From an uncultured Parachlamydiaceae bacterium (GTDB lineage: Bacteria > Chlamydiota > Chlamydiia > Chlamydiales > Parachlamydiaceae): a stretch of 64,000 nt of DNA. The stretch is taken from assembly GCA_963752155.1 (NCBI GenBank), contig CAVVXH010000010.1:480001-544000 (forward strand), in the 5' to 3' direction. A model generated the notes under the pieces. The model was not told the DNA's origin and ran no database searches. It was given only the letters and a program-made list of their open reading frames with translations. The first letter of the stretch is position 1. The number at the start of each line of letters is the position of its first letter. Positions 41,554 to 52,029 of the stretch are shown in pieces. A program made the position numbers and the translations under genes.

Positions 41554-42933
41554 TTATAAAGCGTTTAAGACAGCTTCATGAATTGTTTCTGTAAGTGTGG
41601 GGTGTGCATGACATAATGAAGCTAAATCATCGAGAGTCGCTTTCTTGTCTATTGCCAAAGAGGCCTCTGCAATCAGTTCAGAAGCTTGTAATCCTACAAT
41701 GTGCACCCCTATGATGCGTCGACTTTGAACTTCAGCAATCACTTTAACCATTCCTTCGGAATAACCCATACATCGAGCCCGAGGATTAGCCCTGAATGAG
41801 GCAGATCCAATTTTAATCTTTAGGTTTTTGTCTAAAGCCTCTTTCTCTGTTAACCCGACAGAAGATGCTTCTGGATGGGTATAGACGACATTCGGAATGG
41901 CCATGTAGTTCACGTGGGGATGTTTTCCAGCAATGATCTCTGCTGCCGCGACTCCTTCTGTAGAAGCTTTATGTGCTAACATGGGCCCTTCAATCAAATC
42001 TCCAATTGCATAAATATTAGATACATTTGTTCTGAAAGCTTTATCTACAATGACCTCTCCGCGTGGACTCAATTGAACGCCAATTTCCTCCAATCCTAAA
42101 CCTTGGCTATTGGGACGTCTTCCTATAGCCACCAAAACGACGTCTGCGGTAAATGATTGTGGAACTTTGTCGATTTCGACATTTAAAGTGACCCCTTCGT
42201 TACTTGGGAGCCTTTCCAGAAGCTTAGCATTTAGATAAAAGTTCAATCCTTGTTTTTTAAGCTGTTGTCCTAGCATTTTGCTTACAGCATGGTCCATTGT
42301 GGGACAGATTCGATCGAGCATTTCAATGATCGTCACTTCAGTTCCGAGTCTTCTATACACCGAAGCGAGTTCGACACCAATGGCTCCGGCCCCCACCAAG
42401 ATCATTTTTTTGGGAGGAGCTGTGAGGGCAAGGGCTCCGGTGGAAGATAAAACCACTTTTTCATCAAAAGGTAAAAAAGGTAAGGGGGTGGGGTATGAAC
42501 CTGTCGCTAAGATAATATGACTTGCTTCTATTTCTTCAATTGTGCCGTCACGATCGATAGCCAAGCGTGTAGGAGTGATCAATTTAGCTTTACCTCGTTT
42601 AGCAGTCACTTTATTTGATTTAAAAAGCCCTGCGATTCCAGCAACAAAATCTTCGACGATTTTTGTTTTGCGTTTCTGCATTTGGGTGAAGTCAAAATGA
42701 AGGTCATTGGCGAGGATCCCATGCATTTGCCCATCTTCTTTAAATAGCGAATAGTATTCGGATGATTGAAGCAAAGCTTTCGAGGGGATGCAACCTACAT
42801 TCAAGCAAGTCCCTCCAAACGTTGCATCTTTTTCTATGCATACGGTTTTTAATCCAAGTTCGGAAGCACGTAAGGCAGCAACATAGCCTCCTGGGCCTGA
42901 TCCAATGACAGCAACATCGTATTTTTCACTCAT
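41554..42933 (-). CDS. lpdA: Dihydrolipoyl dehydrogenase (E3)
   Basis: [31 protein letters not shown]. Confidence 0.96.
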   Translation of the reverse strand: MSEKYDVAVIGSGPGGYVAALRASELGLKTVCIEKDATFGGTCLNVGCIPSKALLQSSEYYSLFKEDGQMHGILANDLHFDFTQMQKRKTKIVEDFVAGIAGLFKSNKVTAKRGKAKLITPTRLAIDRDGTIEEIEASHIILATGSYPTPLPFLPFDEKVVLSSTGALALTAPPKKMILVGAGAIGVELASVYRRLGTEVTIIEMLDRICPTMDHAVSKMLGQQLKKQGLNFYLNAKLLERLPSNEGVTLNVEIDKVPQSFTADVVLVAIGRRPNSQGLGLEEIGVQLSPRGEVIVDKAFRTNVSNIYAIGDLIEGPMLAHKASTEGVAAAEIIAGKHPHVNYMAIPNVVYTHPEASSVGLTEKEALDKNLKIKIGSASFRANPRARCMGYSEGMVKVIAEVQSRRIIGVHIVGLQASELIAEASLAIDKKATLDDLASLCHAHPTLTETIHEAVLNAL

Positions 42934-44101
42934 ATTCGCTCTTCCTTAATCCTATAAATCTAAGAAGCATTCTTCTAGGATCTTCTAAGCAATTTTTAAT
43001 GTGTACAAGAAAAGAAACAGCTTCCTTGCCATCAATGATTCGATGATCGTAGCTTAAGGCCAGATACATCATCTGACGGATGACGATTTGATCATCGATG
43101 ACAACAGGACGCTTACTGATCTTATGCATGCCTAAAATGGCACATTGATTTGGATTAAGAATGGGAGTCGAAAGCAAGGAGCCATAGACGCCTCCATTTG
43201 TAATTGTGAACCCTCCACCTTGGAGATCATCCGCCGATAGCTTTCCCTCTTTTACTTTTTGGGCATAGTTTGCAATTGTACTTTCAATCTGACCAAATGT
43301 AAGGAGATCGCAATCTCGCACTACCGGTACCACCAATCCTTTTTCGCCTCCTACAGCAATTCCTATGGCATAATACTGACGTTCTACTAAGTCATCTCCA
43401 TCGATATATGAATTGACACCTGGAAAGGCTTTTAGGGCTGAAACAGCAGCCTTTACAAAGAAGGACATGAAACCTAAACGAGCTCCGTGAGCTTTAACAA
43501 AAGTTTCCTTATATTTTTCACGTAGCTGCATCACTTCTGTGAGATCGACTTCATTAAATGTCGTCAGCATGGCAGTCGTATTTTGAACTTCGACAAGACG
43601 CGTTGCAATGAGCTTGCGAATTTTCGACATCTTGCGTCGGACTTCTCCATTACGAGGAGTGATATCTTCTTGCAGCTGGAGGAGAACTTACTTTGGCAAC
43701 AGCCTCTTCTTTCTGTTTTGGCTTCCGTAGTTCATTGATATAATCATCGATACTATTTCTTAAGCTTCGACATCAGATTTATCTGCTGGAGTTGGCTGGA
43801 TAGTTTGTTCTTTAGGTTCAGATTTTTCAGGTTTTTGCTCGGACTCTTTTGCTGGAGCATCCTCTTTTTTTGCTTCAATGTAGCCTAGAACTTGACCAAT
43901 TCTGACAACATCGTCTTCTTTGACGCTAGGAATAAAAATTCCAGGTTGGGGGGCGTAGAGCACCTGGTTGACTTTATCCGTTGCCAACTCGATGATCTCA
44001 TCATCCATTTTTACTGCAGCACCCGAAGGCTTTAAAATTGCACTTATGGTTGCTTCGACAATTGATTCTCCAAGTGGAGGAACTTTTATTTCTTCTTTCA
44101 T
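42926..44101 (-). CDS. sucB: 2-oxoglutarate dehydrogenase E2 (split by apparent frameshifts at about 43640-43770)
   Basis: Lipoyl domain ELATDKV; catalytic [36 protein letters not shown]. Confidence 0.93.
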
Positions 44102-44103
44102 TT

Positions 44104-46896
44104 TTAACTTCTTGCTTTAGTTTGACTTGCGATTTCAAAAATCGATGGCTGCTCTCTAAAGAATACAGCATTTAATAGATCGTGAAGTTGTTTTTTATGA
44201 ACAACGTGCGAACCTACAGCAGGTGAGGCGCTACGGGGCCGTGCAACCGAGTTAAATACAACATTGGGAGGGATTAGTTCGCGAAGCTGTGCTTCGATAA
44301 AGTTTCCGGGCCCCATATTTGTTGGCTCTTCTTGCGCCCAAGTAAGTTGTTTAAAACCCTTATACTTTTCGAGAATTTCCTTCAATTTTTCTGCATGGAA
44401 GGGATAAAACTGTTCTATACGAATAATGGCCACCTTATCTGCTTTGACCTTATCTCTTTCAGCTAATAAATCATAGTAGATATGTCCACTGCAAATGATG
44501 AGGTGTTGAACGTTTTCTAGAGGTCTAGGGTCGTCTAAAATCTCTTGAAATGAACCCATGGCAATATCATCAACATGACTTACGCATTCAGGATGCCGCA
44601 ATAGAGCTTTTGGAGTAAAAACGATCAGAGGTTTTTTTTCCTTCATGAGTTGTTGTCGACGCAACAGATGGAAAAATTGGGCAGGCGTAGAAGCATTGAC
44701 GATGAGTAAATTGTCTTGTCCGGCTAAAGTAAGAAAACGTTCGATGCGAGCCGAGGAGTGCTCTGGACCTTGACCTTCATATCCGTGAGGGAGAAGCAGT
44801 GTTAGGCCACTTTGTTGACCCCATTTTTGTTCTCCGGTTGAAATAAATTGATCGATGACAACTTGAGCCCCATTGCAAAAATCCCCAAATTGGGCCTCCC
44901 AAACCACTAATGTTTTTGGATTGGCTATAGAGTATCCAAATTCAAAAGCTAAAATGGCAAATTCTGATAAAGCTGAATTGTAGACTTCAAATTTTCCTTG
45001 ATCAGGTTTTAAATTTTGGAGAGGAAAGTAGGAAATTTCCCTTTTTTGATCGACCCACATGGCATGTCGATGGCTGAAAGTTCCTCTGCAGGAATCTTGG
45101 CCCGATAAGCGAACCCCCATCCCATCCCATAAAAGAGAACCAATCGCAAGCGTTTCCGCCATTCCCCAATCCATAGGCCGCGAATTTTCTCCTCCCTGAA
45201 CCATTGCAAGACGATCAGCAAGAAGGCGTTTTAATTTTGGATGGATGTTAAAACCTTCCGGAATTTCGCTCGCAATTTGTGTTATTTGCTGTAAAATTGG
45301 CAAAGGAACACCTGTGGCAATATGAGTGAAATTGCTTTTTTTGTATGTCAGTGTTGGGACTTCGGTGGAGGTTGGAGAAGTATTTTTGACAGTCTTCAGT
45401 TCCTCTTGTAAGGATGCTTTAAAATCGTTTTCCAAAGTTTCGCACAGTTGTTTTTCTAAAATCCCTTGTTCGATAAGCTCGTCTTTGTAAATTTGGCGAA
45501 TCGATTTTTTTTGAGAGATGATTGCATATTCATTTGGTTGAGTGAAAGCAGGCTCATCCCCTTCATTATGCCCATACTTACGATAGCAAACCAAATCAAT
45601 GAAAACATCGCATTGGTATTTTTGGCGTATTTCGGTGGCTAAATAGGTAGCGTAAATACAAGCTTCAGGATCTTCGGCATTCACATGAAAGACAGGAGCT
45701 CTAAACGTATGTGCAATATCCGTACAGTAGCGGGTGGAGCGAGAATCTTCGGGTAAAGTTGTAAAACCGACTTGATTATTGATGACTAAATGAATTGTGC
45801 CCCCTGTTCCGTATCCTTTCAGGTTTTGAAGTTGAAGCGTTTCATAAACGACACCTTGACCGGCTACAGCTGCATCACCATGAACAACGATTGGGATCAC
45901 CGAGGATTTCTGAGAGGGTTTTACAAGGAGTTGTTTCGCATAAACTTGCCCTTCAATCACAGGGCTTACGGCCTCAAGATGACTTGGATTGGGGGTTAAA
46001 AAGATTTGAACGTTATGTCCATGGAGTGTGACCACATCGGAGAAAAATCCTTTGTGGTATTTAACATCTCCACTGAGTTCAAAAGATTCTGGAATATAGT
46101 TTTCGTCAAATTCAGAAAAAATGAGTGAATAGGATTTATGCAAGATATTGGAGAGCACATTTAGTCTTCCTCGGTGAGCCATGCCGATGTAAAACTCTGA
46201 AGCGCCTTCTTCAGCCCCCTTGTCGATGATGGCTGCTAACATTGGAATGAGGGTTTCTCCACCTTCTAGAGAAAAGCGTTTTTGACCGGTGTATTTAGTG
46301 TGAAGGAAAATCTCCAACAATTCAGACTTATTCAAATGCTGCAAGATCAATTTTTTTTGCTCTATCGAAAGTTTCTTCTTAAAACCTAAAGGTTCAATTT
46401 GTTTTTGCAGCCAGTTTTCCATTTCGGGTCGATCCAGACCCATGTATTCGATTCCTACAGTTTGGCAGTAGATCTCTTCTAAAACTTTTATAATTTCATT
46501 TAAGGGCGCCTCATCTTTATCTATGAGGCTTAGGGTGGGGAAGAGATTATTTAGGTCAGATTCTTGCAATCCAAATAGATTTAAATCGAGTTGCCAGGGT
46601 TGGTAGGTATTTTTATTGTCTAGAGGATTGAGATGGGCTTTTAAATGACCATACGTGCGATAAGCTTCAATTAAAGCATGAATGGTTGCAGTTTTACAAT
46701 CGCCCTTTTCAATTAGTGTTAGAGGAGTACTTTGCGTTGGTTCGAGATTGGAGAAAAGATCATGCCATGATTTATCGAGTTCATTTCGATTTTTTTGGTA
46801 GCGGTTGTACTGTTCCTCCATAAAAGTGCTGTTAGCGAGCATTGCCTCGCCAAAAGATTTTTCAGGGGCTTTAGAGTTCATTCTACCTACCTCCAT
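44104..46896 (-). CDS. sucA: 2-oxoglutarate dehydrogenase E1
   Basis: GQKRFSLEGGE, GMAHRGRLN, HGDAAVAGQG, RKYGHNEGDEP, WEAQFGDF, GQGPEHSSAR. Confidence 0.97.
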   Translation of the reverse strand: MEVGRMNSKAPEKSFGEAMLANSTFMEEQYNRYQKNRNELDKSWHDLFSNLEPTQSTPLTLIEKGDCKTATIHALIEAYRTYGHLKAHLNPLDNKNTYQPWQLDLNLFGLQESDLNNLFPTLSLIDKDEAPLNEIIKVLEEIYCQTVGIEYMGLDRPEMENWLQKQIEPLGFKKKLSIEQKKLILQHLNKSELLEIFLHTKYTGQKRFSLEGGETLIPMLAAIIDKGAEEGASEFYIGMAHRGRLNVLSNILHKSYSLIFSEFDENYIPESFELSGDVKYHKGFFSDVVTLHGHNVQIFLTPNPSHLEAVSPVIEGQVYAKQLLVKPSQKSSVIPIVVHGDAAVAGQGVVYETLQLQNLKGYGTGGTIHLVINNQVGFTTLPEDSRSTRYCTDIAHTFRAPVFHVNAEDPEACIYATYLATEIRQKYQCDVFIDLVCYRKYGHNEGDEPAFTQPNEYAIISQKKSIRQIYKDELIEQGILEKQLCETLENDFKASLQEELKTVKNTSPTSTEVPTLTYKKSNFTHIATGVPLPILQQITQIASEIPEGFNIHPKLKRLLADRLAMVQGGENSRPMDWGMAETLAIGSLLWDGMGVRLSGQDSCRGTFSHRHAMWVDQKREISYFPLQNLKPDQGKFEVYNSALSEFAILAFEFGYSIANPKTLVVWEAQFGDFCNGAQVVIDQFISTGEQKWGQQSGLTLLLPHGYEGQGPEHSSARIERFLTLAGQDNLLIVNASTPAQFFHLLRRQQLMKEKKPLIVFTPKALLRHPECVSHVDDIAMGSFQEILDDPRPLENVQHLIICSGHIYYDLLAERDKVKADKVAIIRIEQFYPFHAEKLKEILEKYKGFKQLTWAQEEPTNMGPGNFIEAQLRELIPPNVVFNSVARPRSASPAVGSHVVHKKQLHDLLNAVFFREQPSIFEIASQTKARS

Positions 46897-46900
46897 TGGC

Positions 46901-46943
46901 TAAGGGACTGTGTAACAATAACTAATTGTTGCACAGTCCCTTA
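46901..46943. repeat. 43-bp near-perfect palindrome upstream of sucA
   Basis: TAAGGGACTGTGTAACAAT-N5-ATTGTTGCACAGTCCCTTA. Confidence 0.8.
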
Positions 46944-46990
46944 TCATCCTTCTACATGACGAGGTTTTTTTTGAAAAGAAAGAATTTGCT

Positions 46991-47749
46991 TTAAAATGTA
47001 AAGCATTGACCTTTGGCGACAAATCCAGCGAAACCATCTTTCTTACAATCCGGTAGAAAATCTCCGGCGTAATGATAGAGCCACATTTTTTTTTTGAGTT
47101 CTGCAGGTAACAGTTTTAATTCTGAGTAATGTGCGTGAACACCACTTTTATAAGCAGAAGTTTCGCAATCATGAAAGATAATGTCTGCTTTTGCATAAAT
47201 ATTATCTAAGTAAAAAGTAACAAATTGAGTATCCATTGTGATAAATACAGTTTTTTCATTGACAGTGAAAAGTAAGCCATAAACAGGGACTATGCAATAG
47301 CCTGAGAGGACATGAACGGTTTGAATAATATAAAATTTTATACTATTCCATGTGAAGAAACTGTTTCCTGGAATCGGGTTGAGATTGAAGTAAGTGTAAA
47401 TATCGGCATGAATACCTTGGATTGAACTAAGTCCTCCAACAAGAGTTTTATTCCACAAATCCTTAAGGACATCTTCGGCGCCATAGATCGTAGGTTTTTG
47501 ACATTTAGGATCAAACTTTGTTGTAAAAGCAAGCCATTCAAGACCTCCGACATGATCTGCATGTAAGTGGCTTACATAGACGTCATGGATATCGCAATAG
47601 CTTAATCCTTGTTCATGGAGTGACAAACGCACATCTGTGCCGCAATCCAACAATAGGTTTTTGCCTGATTTTGCTTGCAAAATCATGTTAGATTGATAAT
47701 TTCCTTCATCAGCAAAGGCTGAACCGGATCCTAGAAAAGTAAATTTCAT
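46991..47749 (-). CDS. MBL-fold metallo-hydrolase (RNase Z/phosphodiesterase-like)
   Basis: FLGSGSAF, LLDCG, SHLHADHVGG, IFHDC, VHAHY, WLYHY. Confidence 0.85.
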   Translation of the reverse strand: MKFTFLGSGSAFADEGNYQSNMILQAKSGKNLLLDCGTDVRLSLHEQGLSYCDIHDVYVSHLHADHVGGLEWLAFTTKFDPKCQKPTIYGAEDVLKDLWNKTLVGGLSSIQGIHADIYTYFNLNPIPGNSFFTWNSIKFYIIQTVHVLSGYCIVPVYGLLFTVNEKTVFITMDTQFVTFYLDNIYAKADIIFHDCETSAYKSGVHAHYSELKLLPAELKKKMWLYHYAGDFLPDCKKDGFAGFVAKGQCFTF

Positions 47750-47764
47750 TTTTCCCTCAAGATT

Positions 47765-47830
47765 CAGCAATTCCCACTAATTTTCGTGCTCGTGTGCGTG
47801 CCCGTGCCCGAAAATTGATGGGAATTGCTG
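47765..47830. repeat. 66-bp palindrome whose loop is a 6-bp tandem repeat (CGTGCY)
   Basis: CAGCAATTCCCACTAATTTTCG..CGAAAATTGATGGGAATTGCTG around CGTGCT CGTGTG CGTGCC CGTGCC. Confidence 0.8.
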
Positions 47831-47935
47831 TATAAACCTTCAATTTTTTCATAAGGGAAAATAGAATTTTATGTAAAGCTAATAGAGAATAAAAGTGTTT
47901 ACAAAATACAATTTTTGCCTTAAAGTAAGCCTATT

Positions 47936-48781
47936 ATGGCTATTTATAAACCGACAGAATTGCGTGATTTTCTACAGGAACTAGGTATTAGTCCAAAGAA
48001 AGTGTTGTCGCAAAATTTTTTGATTGATGGCAATGTTGTTAGAAAGATTGTCAAAAGTGCGGGCGTGGTTCCGGGGGACTTAGTTTTAGAAATTGGACCT
48101 GGTCCAGGATCTCTAACTGAAGAATTACTGGCTGAAGGGGCAACCGTCCTTGCCGTAGAGCGAGATGATGTGTTGTCGAAGGCCCTTGATAGATTGAAAG
48201 GGGAATCGAATAAATTACATGTCTATTGTGAAGACATCATGAAATTTCCCATCAAAGAGAAATTGAAATCTTTTTTGCGTCCAGGTCAGAAAGCAAAAGT
48301 GATTGCAAATCTACCCTATCACCTCACAACAGCGATCATTGCTGAACTTGTAGACATGCATGAAATGATAGACTCGATGACTTTGATGGTACAGGAGGAA
48401 GTCGCTCGTCGCTTTACGGCACAGCCACACACAAAAGAGTATGGATCTTTGACACTCTTTTTATATTTTTATTCTAGGGTCCATTTTGCATTTAAAGTTA
48501 GCAATCAATGTTTTTATCCTGTTCCTAAAGTCAATTCGGCGATTGTTGTCTTTAGGTTAAAACATCCGCCAGGTGATATTTCGGATGTTATCTCCTTTTT
48601 TCAGATGACACGCACAGCTTTTAAACAACGCCGTAAAATGCTGCGCAGTTCATTAAGATCACTTTATGCCCCTGAAGTGATAACAGAGGCATTGGAAATG
48701 ATGGGAATTCCCTTAGCGCGCCCAGAAGAGCTATCTCTAGAGCAGTTTATCCAATTTTTTAATCTTTTAAAAGACGTTTAA
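47936..48781 (+). CDS. rsmA: 16S rRNA dimethyladenosine transferase RsmA (KsgA)
   Basis: LSQNFLID, VLEIGPGPGSLT, IANLPY, MVQEEVARR, FKQRRKML. Confidence 0.96.
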   Translation: MAIYKPTELRDFLQELGISPKKVLSQNFLIDGNVVRKIVKSAGVVPGDLVLEIGPGPGSLTEELLAEGATVLAVERDDVLSKALDRLKGESNKLHVYCEDIMKFPIKEKLKSFLRPGQKAKVIANLPYHLTTAIIAELVDMHEMIDSMTLMVQEEVARRFTAQPHTKEYGSLTLFLYFYSRVHFAFKVSNQCFYPVPKVNSAIVVFRLKHPPGDISDVISFFQMTRTAFKQRRKMLRSSLRSLYAPEVITEALEMMGIPLARPEELSLEQFIQFFNLLKDV

Positions 48782-50588
48782 ATTCATCCCAATTCTCAGC
48801 TGTAAAGTAAAGACCGTTTCGAATACCATAATCCATTATTATGTCTTTTTTAGAAGTAAAAAAAGAGCTTAGAGTTTTATTGCTAGATAAGTCTTTACTA
48901 ACATAAATCACCCAAGTATGGGGAGTTGCTCCTGCAGATAAGAAATTGCCACATACTTTTTCACCGGCAAATTGATCGATTTTAGTGGTTATAAATTTCC
49001 TTATTGCGATTTTAAAGCCAGAATCATTCTGATATTCATATCGACCTAGCTTCCATGCTAATGTAAAATCTAGTTTTTGTATAATATTTGATATAATTTT
49101 TCGATGTTGAGACAACAAAAAGTTGGGAACAACTTTTGCATCCGAAAAATTTGTTACCCAATCATTATTATTTATCACGAAATTGTGATTCATAAAATTT
49201 GGCTCTACTTTAATTTTATTGGATTCATTTTCTATAATATTATTTACTTGCTTCATGTCTAGGTAAATTTCCCATTCATCATGTTTGTTACCAAGCATTT
49301 CAAGAACATTTCCTGGAGACGATTCAAATAGGTACATTAAATCTTTTTTTATGGCTTCTTCGTTCTCTTTATTTCTATTTATCCCATTAGAAAATTCATT
49401 TAAGCCGATTCTGACATGTATACCCGCAGTGCTCTTTGGATCATAGTCAGGTTCTTGCTGTTGAGTCTTTAGCCATTTTAGTGCAAGTTCATTTCCTAGT
49501 TTAGCAGCTGTTACATATTCCTTTCTTGCCTGATGCATATGTGCAATATAGTTTCGTTTTCCAAAGCGGCTATTCCCGACAGTTGGCTTTTCTTTTAAAG
49601 CTTGGGCTTCGTAACTTTGAGCGAAGCGAAGTGCTTTTTGTTCGATAAGGAAAGAGGGAACTTCACTAGCAGCATCAAGGAAACAGGGTAATTCTTTAGT
49701 AGCATCATATAGAGCTTCTACTGCATTTATATCAATCGGTTGTGAATATCTATGAATTAAAATCTCATTGATGTTTTTTAAAAAAAATCTACTTATTAAA
49801 CGAGCAGAAACTAAGTCTGAGGTGGGTAGAAAACTAAAAATATGAATATTTAGATCCTTTGGAACAGGAAATGGAGTTTCAGATGTTGGTAATTGTAAAG
49901 AATTTGAAATTAATGAAGAAAGATTTTTGGTTGTAAAATTAACATGTGAAAATTCAGCTTTAGCCTTAGGTTCAAATGAAAGCTTTTCGATTAATTGACA
50001 AATTCTTCCTCCATTAAAGTTCTTGCTAACTGGAATAATGAGTAAATCGCACTCCATTTGTGTGATATTACCCTTGATTAGCTCAATAACGTTATTTGGG
50101 AATTCTACAAAAATCTCGCTATTTTCTGTTAATGCAATTAGATAAGCTTTAAGATGACTTTTTGCGTCATCATTATCATGAACTACAAATTTTATATTCA
50201 TCTGAGTATTGGGATTTTGCTTTAAAAAATCCACAAGGCACTTAACTGCCGTGTAGGCAGCATCTTGAGGTGTAAAGCCTCCTTTTAAATCCACGCTAAA
50301 GCAAGGAAGAAGTATAGTTTTGTGCCCTTCTTTCAAAGCTTTTTGAAATATATTGGCATAGCATTTCTCTAATCCTTCTATTTTTTGGTCAGCTCTGGGA
50401 GCGCATACATAAAGAAGATGACGAGCATGTAGCTGATCTCCGGCGGGAACCTGAATTGTTTGATTTACATCGAGTTGTTGTTTTCCATCAAGTTGCTTTG
50501 CTTGTTCAAGAGGGGAAGAATTTGGAACTACAGGAGAAGAAGTCATGTAATAAGTTATACCATCAAAAAACTTTGAAAATATATTCAT
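48759..50588 (-). CDS. Macro-domain-like plus F-box protein (putative effector)
   Basis: Macro-like segments LEKCYANIFQKA..TILLPCFS..GGFTPQDAA and IELIKGNITQMECD; F-box VPKDLNIHIFSFLPTSDLVSARLISRFF. Confidence 0.7.
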   Translation of the reverse strand: MNIFSKFFDGITYYMTSSPVVPNSSPLEQAKQLDGKQQLDVNQTIQVPAGDQLHARHLLYVCAPRADQKIEGLEKCYANIFQKALKEGHKTILLPCFSVDLKGGFTPQDAAYTAVKCLVDFLKQNPNTQMNIKFVVHDNDDAKSHLKAYLIALTENSEIFVEFPNNVIELIKGNITQMECDLLIIPVSKNFNGGRICQLIEKLSFEPKAKAEFSHVNFTTKNLSSLISNSLQLPTSETPFPVPKDLNIHIFSFLPTSDLVSARLISRFFLKNINEILIHRYSQPIDINAVEALYDATKELPCFLDAASEVPSFLIEQKALRFAQSYEAQALKEKPTVGNSRFGKRNYIAHMHQARKEYVTAAKLGNELALKWLKTQQQEPDYDPKSTAGIHVRIGLNEFSNGINRNKENEEAIKKDLMYLFESSPGNVLEMLGNKHDEWEIYLDMKQVNNIIENESNKIKVEPNFMNHNFVINNNDWVTNFSDAKVVPNFLLSQHRKIISNIIQKLDFTLAWKLGRYEYQNDSGFKIAIRKFITTKIDQFAGEKVCGNFLSAGATPHTWVIYVSKDLSSNKTLSSFFTSKKDIIMDYGIRNGLYFTAENWDEFKRLLKD

Positions 50589-50877
50589 AAATATCTCTTT
50601 TGTAAAATTGTTTTATTTAATGTTTTACAACAAAATGAAATTTTGAGTCAATGCTAATCAACATCCTATAGGAATTCTCACCTTTGGTGTGACTTGTATT
50701 TTTGTGATTTGTCTTGGCAATAAAAAGCACCTTAGATACAGTTAAAGAAGTGATAAAGAGGATTTCCGGCCGGTTAGTTTGCGAAAATTTATAGCTCAAA
50801 ATGGGCTTCAGGTTAGCCCATAGGTAATGAGTCTATAACATTTAATTTAGAAAACATTGCACCTTAGGAATTAATAT

Positions 50878-51996
50878 ATGTATAATCCTGTTAATTCAAA
50901 TTTGGCATTTGGGGATATCGAAAATCAAAAGAATAGTAATGATCAACCGTTTGAGTATCCTTTAAAAACATACAAAGGCGAGCTTTTCCAAATACCTCAA
51001 GAAATAAGGATAGGTCAACAAAATTTATCGGAAATGAAATTTATAGGAGGTGAATATTTTTCTCTTGCAAGAAGGAGAGTTCAGATATTAAAGAGTGACA
51101 CAAATAATAGAGTTTTTTTAGATTTAGGGGAAATACCCAATCCTACGATTTGTACACCTTTTAATTGCGATCAAGAAAAAAATCTACAAACAGTTCAATT
51201 GGATAGTAAATTTCAAAATCCGAGTATTGATAATGAAAGAACAGTTGGATGTAAAAGGAAGAGAACTAGAGAAAACGAAAGCTTCAATTTAACGAAAAAA
51301 ACAAGAATAGAAGAAATTAAAGAGGATAACGTTGAAATAAATCCATTTTTTACCACATTGAACGTGTTTACCGACTCTAAAATTGTTGGGGAAAGAGAAA
51401 TGAAGGTTATAACAATGATGAAAGATTATCATGACTTTCCAAACTTGATATTTATTCAATTTTCAAAGAACAAAAAGTCACTTAATTCCATAGACTTCAA
51501 CATTGTGGCAGATTTTCCAATATCAGATAAATTGAGTCTTGCATTGTCTACAGCTAGATTAACTCTAACAGATATAGAAGATCTGACATTCCAACTTCCT
51601 CTTCAGGTGATTGAACACTCTTTGATTCCATCTGAAAATACAAGACAATCAGCAGGCATCTTAAAAACTCGGTTAGTAGTATGTTTTGAGAAAAATAATA
51701 TTGAAACAATAGATTACTATAGAATTTATGACAAATGTCAATTTGTTTTAGATAGTGGAAGAAAACATGCAGATAATGAAGTTATAGAGAAGTTAAATTA
51801 TAAAAAGCATTCGTTTAAATTTTCAATTCGCTCCACCTCGGATGTTTGTTATTCTTTTTGCACTGAAATTTTTCTTCTTAATTATGAATGTTGTTATTCA
51901 AACGGATTGCTGGGAAGAATTCTTAAAGACAGTAAACAAAAAAAAATATTTCTCAATGCATTGAATTTTAAAGACGAAACGAAGGTTGACACTTAG
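50878..51996 (+). CDS. Hypothetical protein with basic NLS-like patches; probably the 5' part of a larger interrupted gene
   Basis: KRKRTRE..KKTR; its TAG is in frame with the following ORF. Confidence 0.55.
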   Translation: MYNPVNSNLAFGDIENQKNSNDQPFEYPLKTYKGELFQIPQEIRIGQQNLSEMKFIGGEYFSLARRRVQILKSDTNNRVFLDLGEIPNPTICTPFNCDQEKNLQTVQLDSKFQNPSIDNERTVGCKRKRTRENESFNLTKKTRIEEIKEDNVEINPFFTTLNVFTDSKIVGEREMKVITMMKDYHDFPNLIFIQFSKNKKSLNSIDFNIVADFPISDKLSLALSTARLTLTDIEDLTFQLPLQVIEHSLIPSENTRQSAGILKTRLVVCFEKNNIETIDYYRIYDKCQFVLDSGRKHADNEVIEKLNYKKHSFKFSIRSTSDVCYSFCTEIFLLNYECCYSNGLLGRILKDSKQKKIFLNALNFKDETKVDT

Positions 51997-52029
51997 AAGG
52001 CGGCCTCATTCGGCATTTCTCGTCTGTTA

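Noticed and set aside
42926..44101. Naturally split sucB (and split gap at about 27255)
   Set aside because: These are isolated indels in an assembly with demonstrable indel errors, and all functional motifs are intact.
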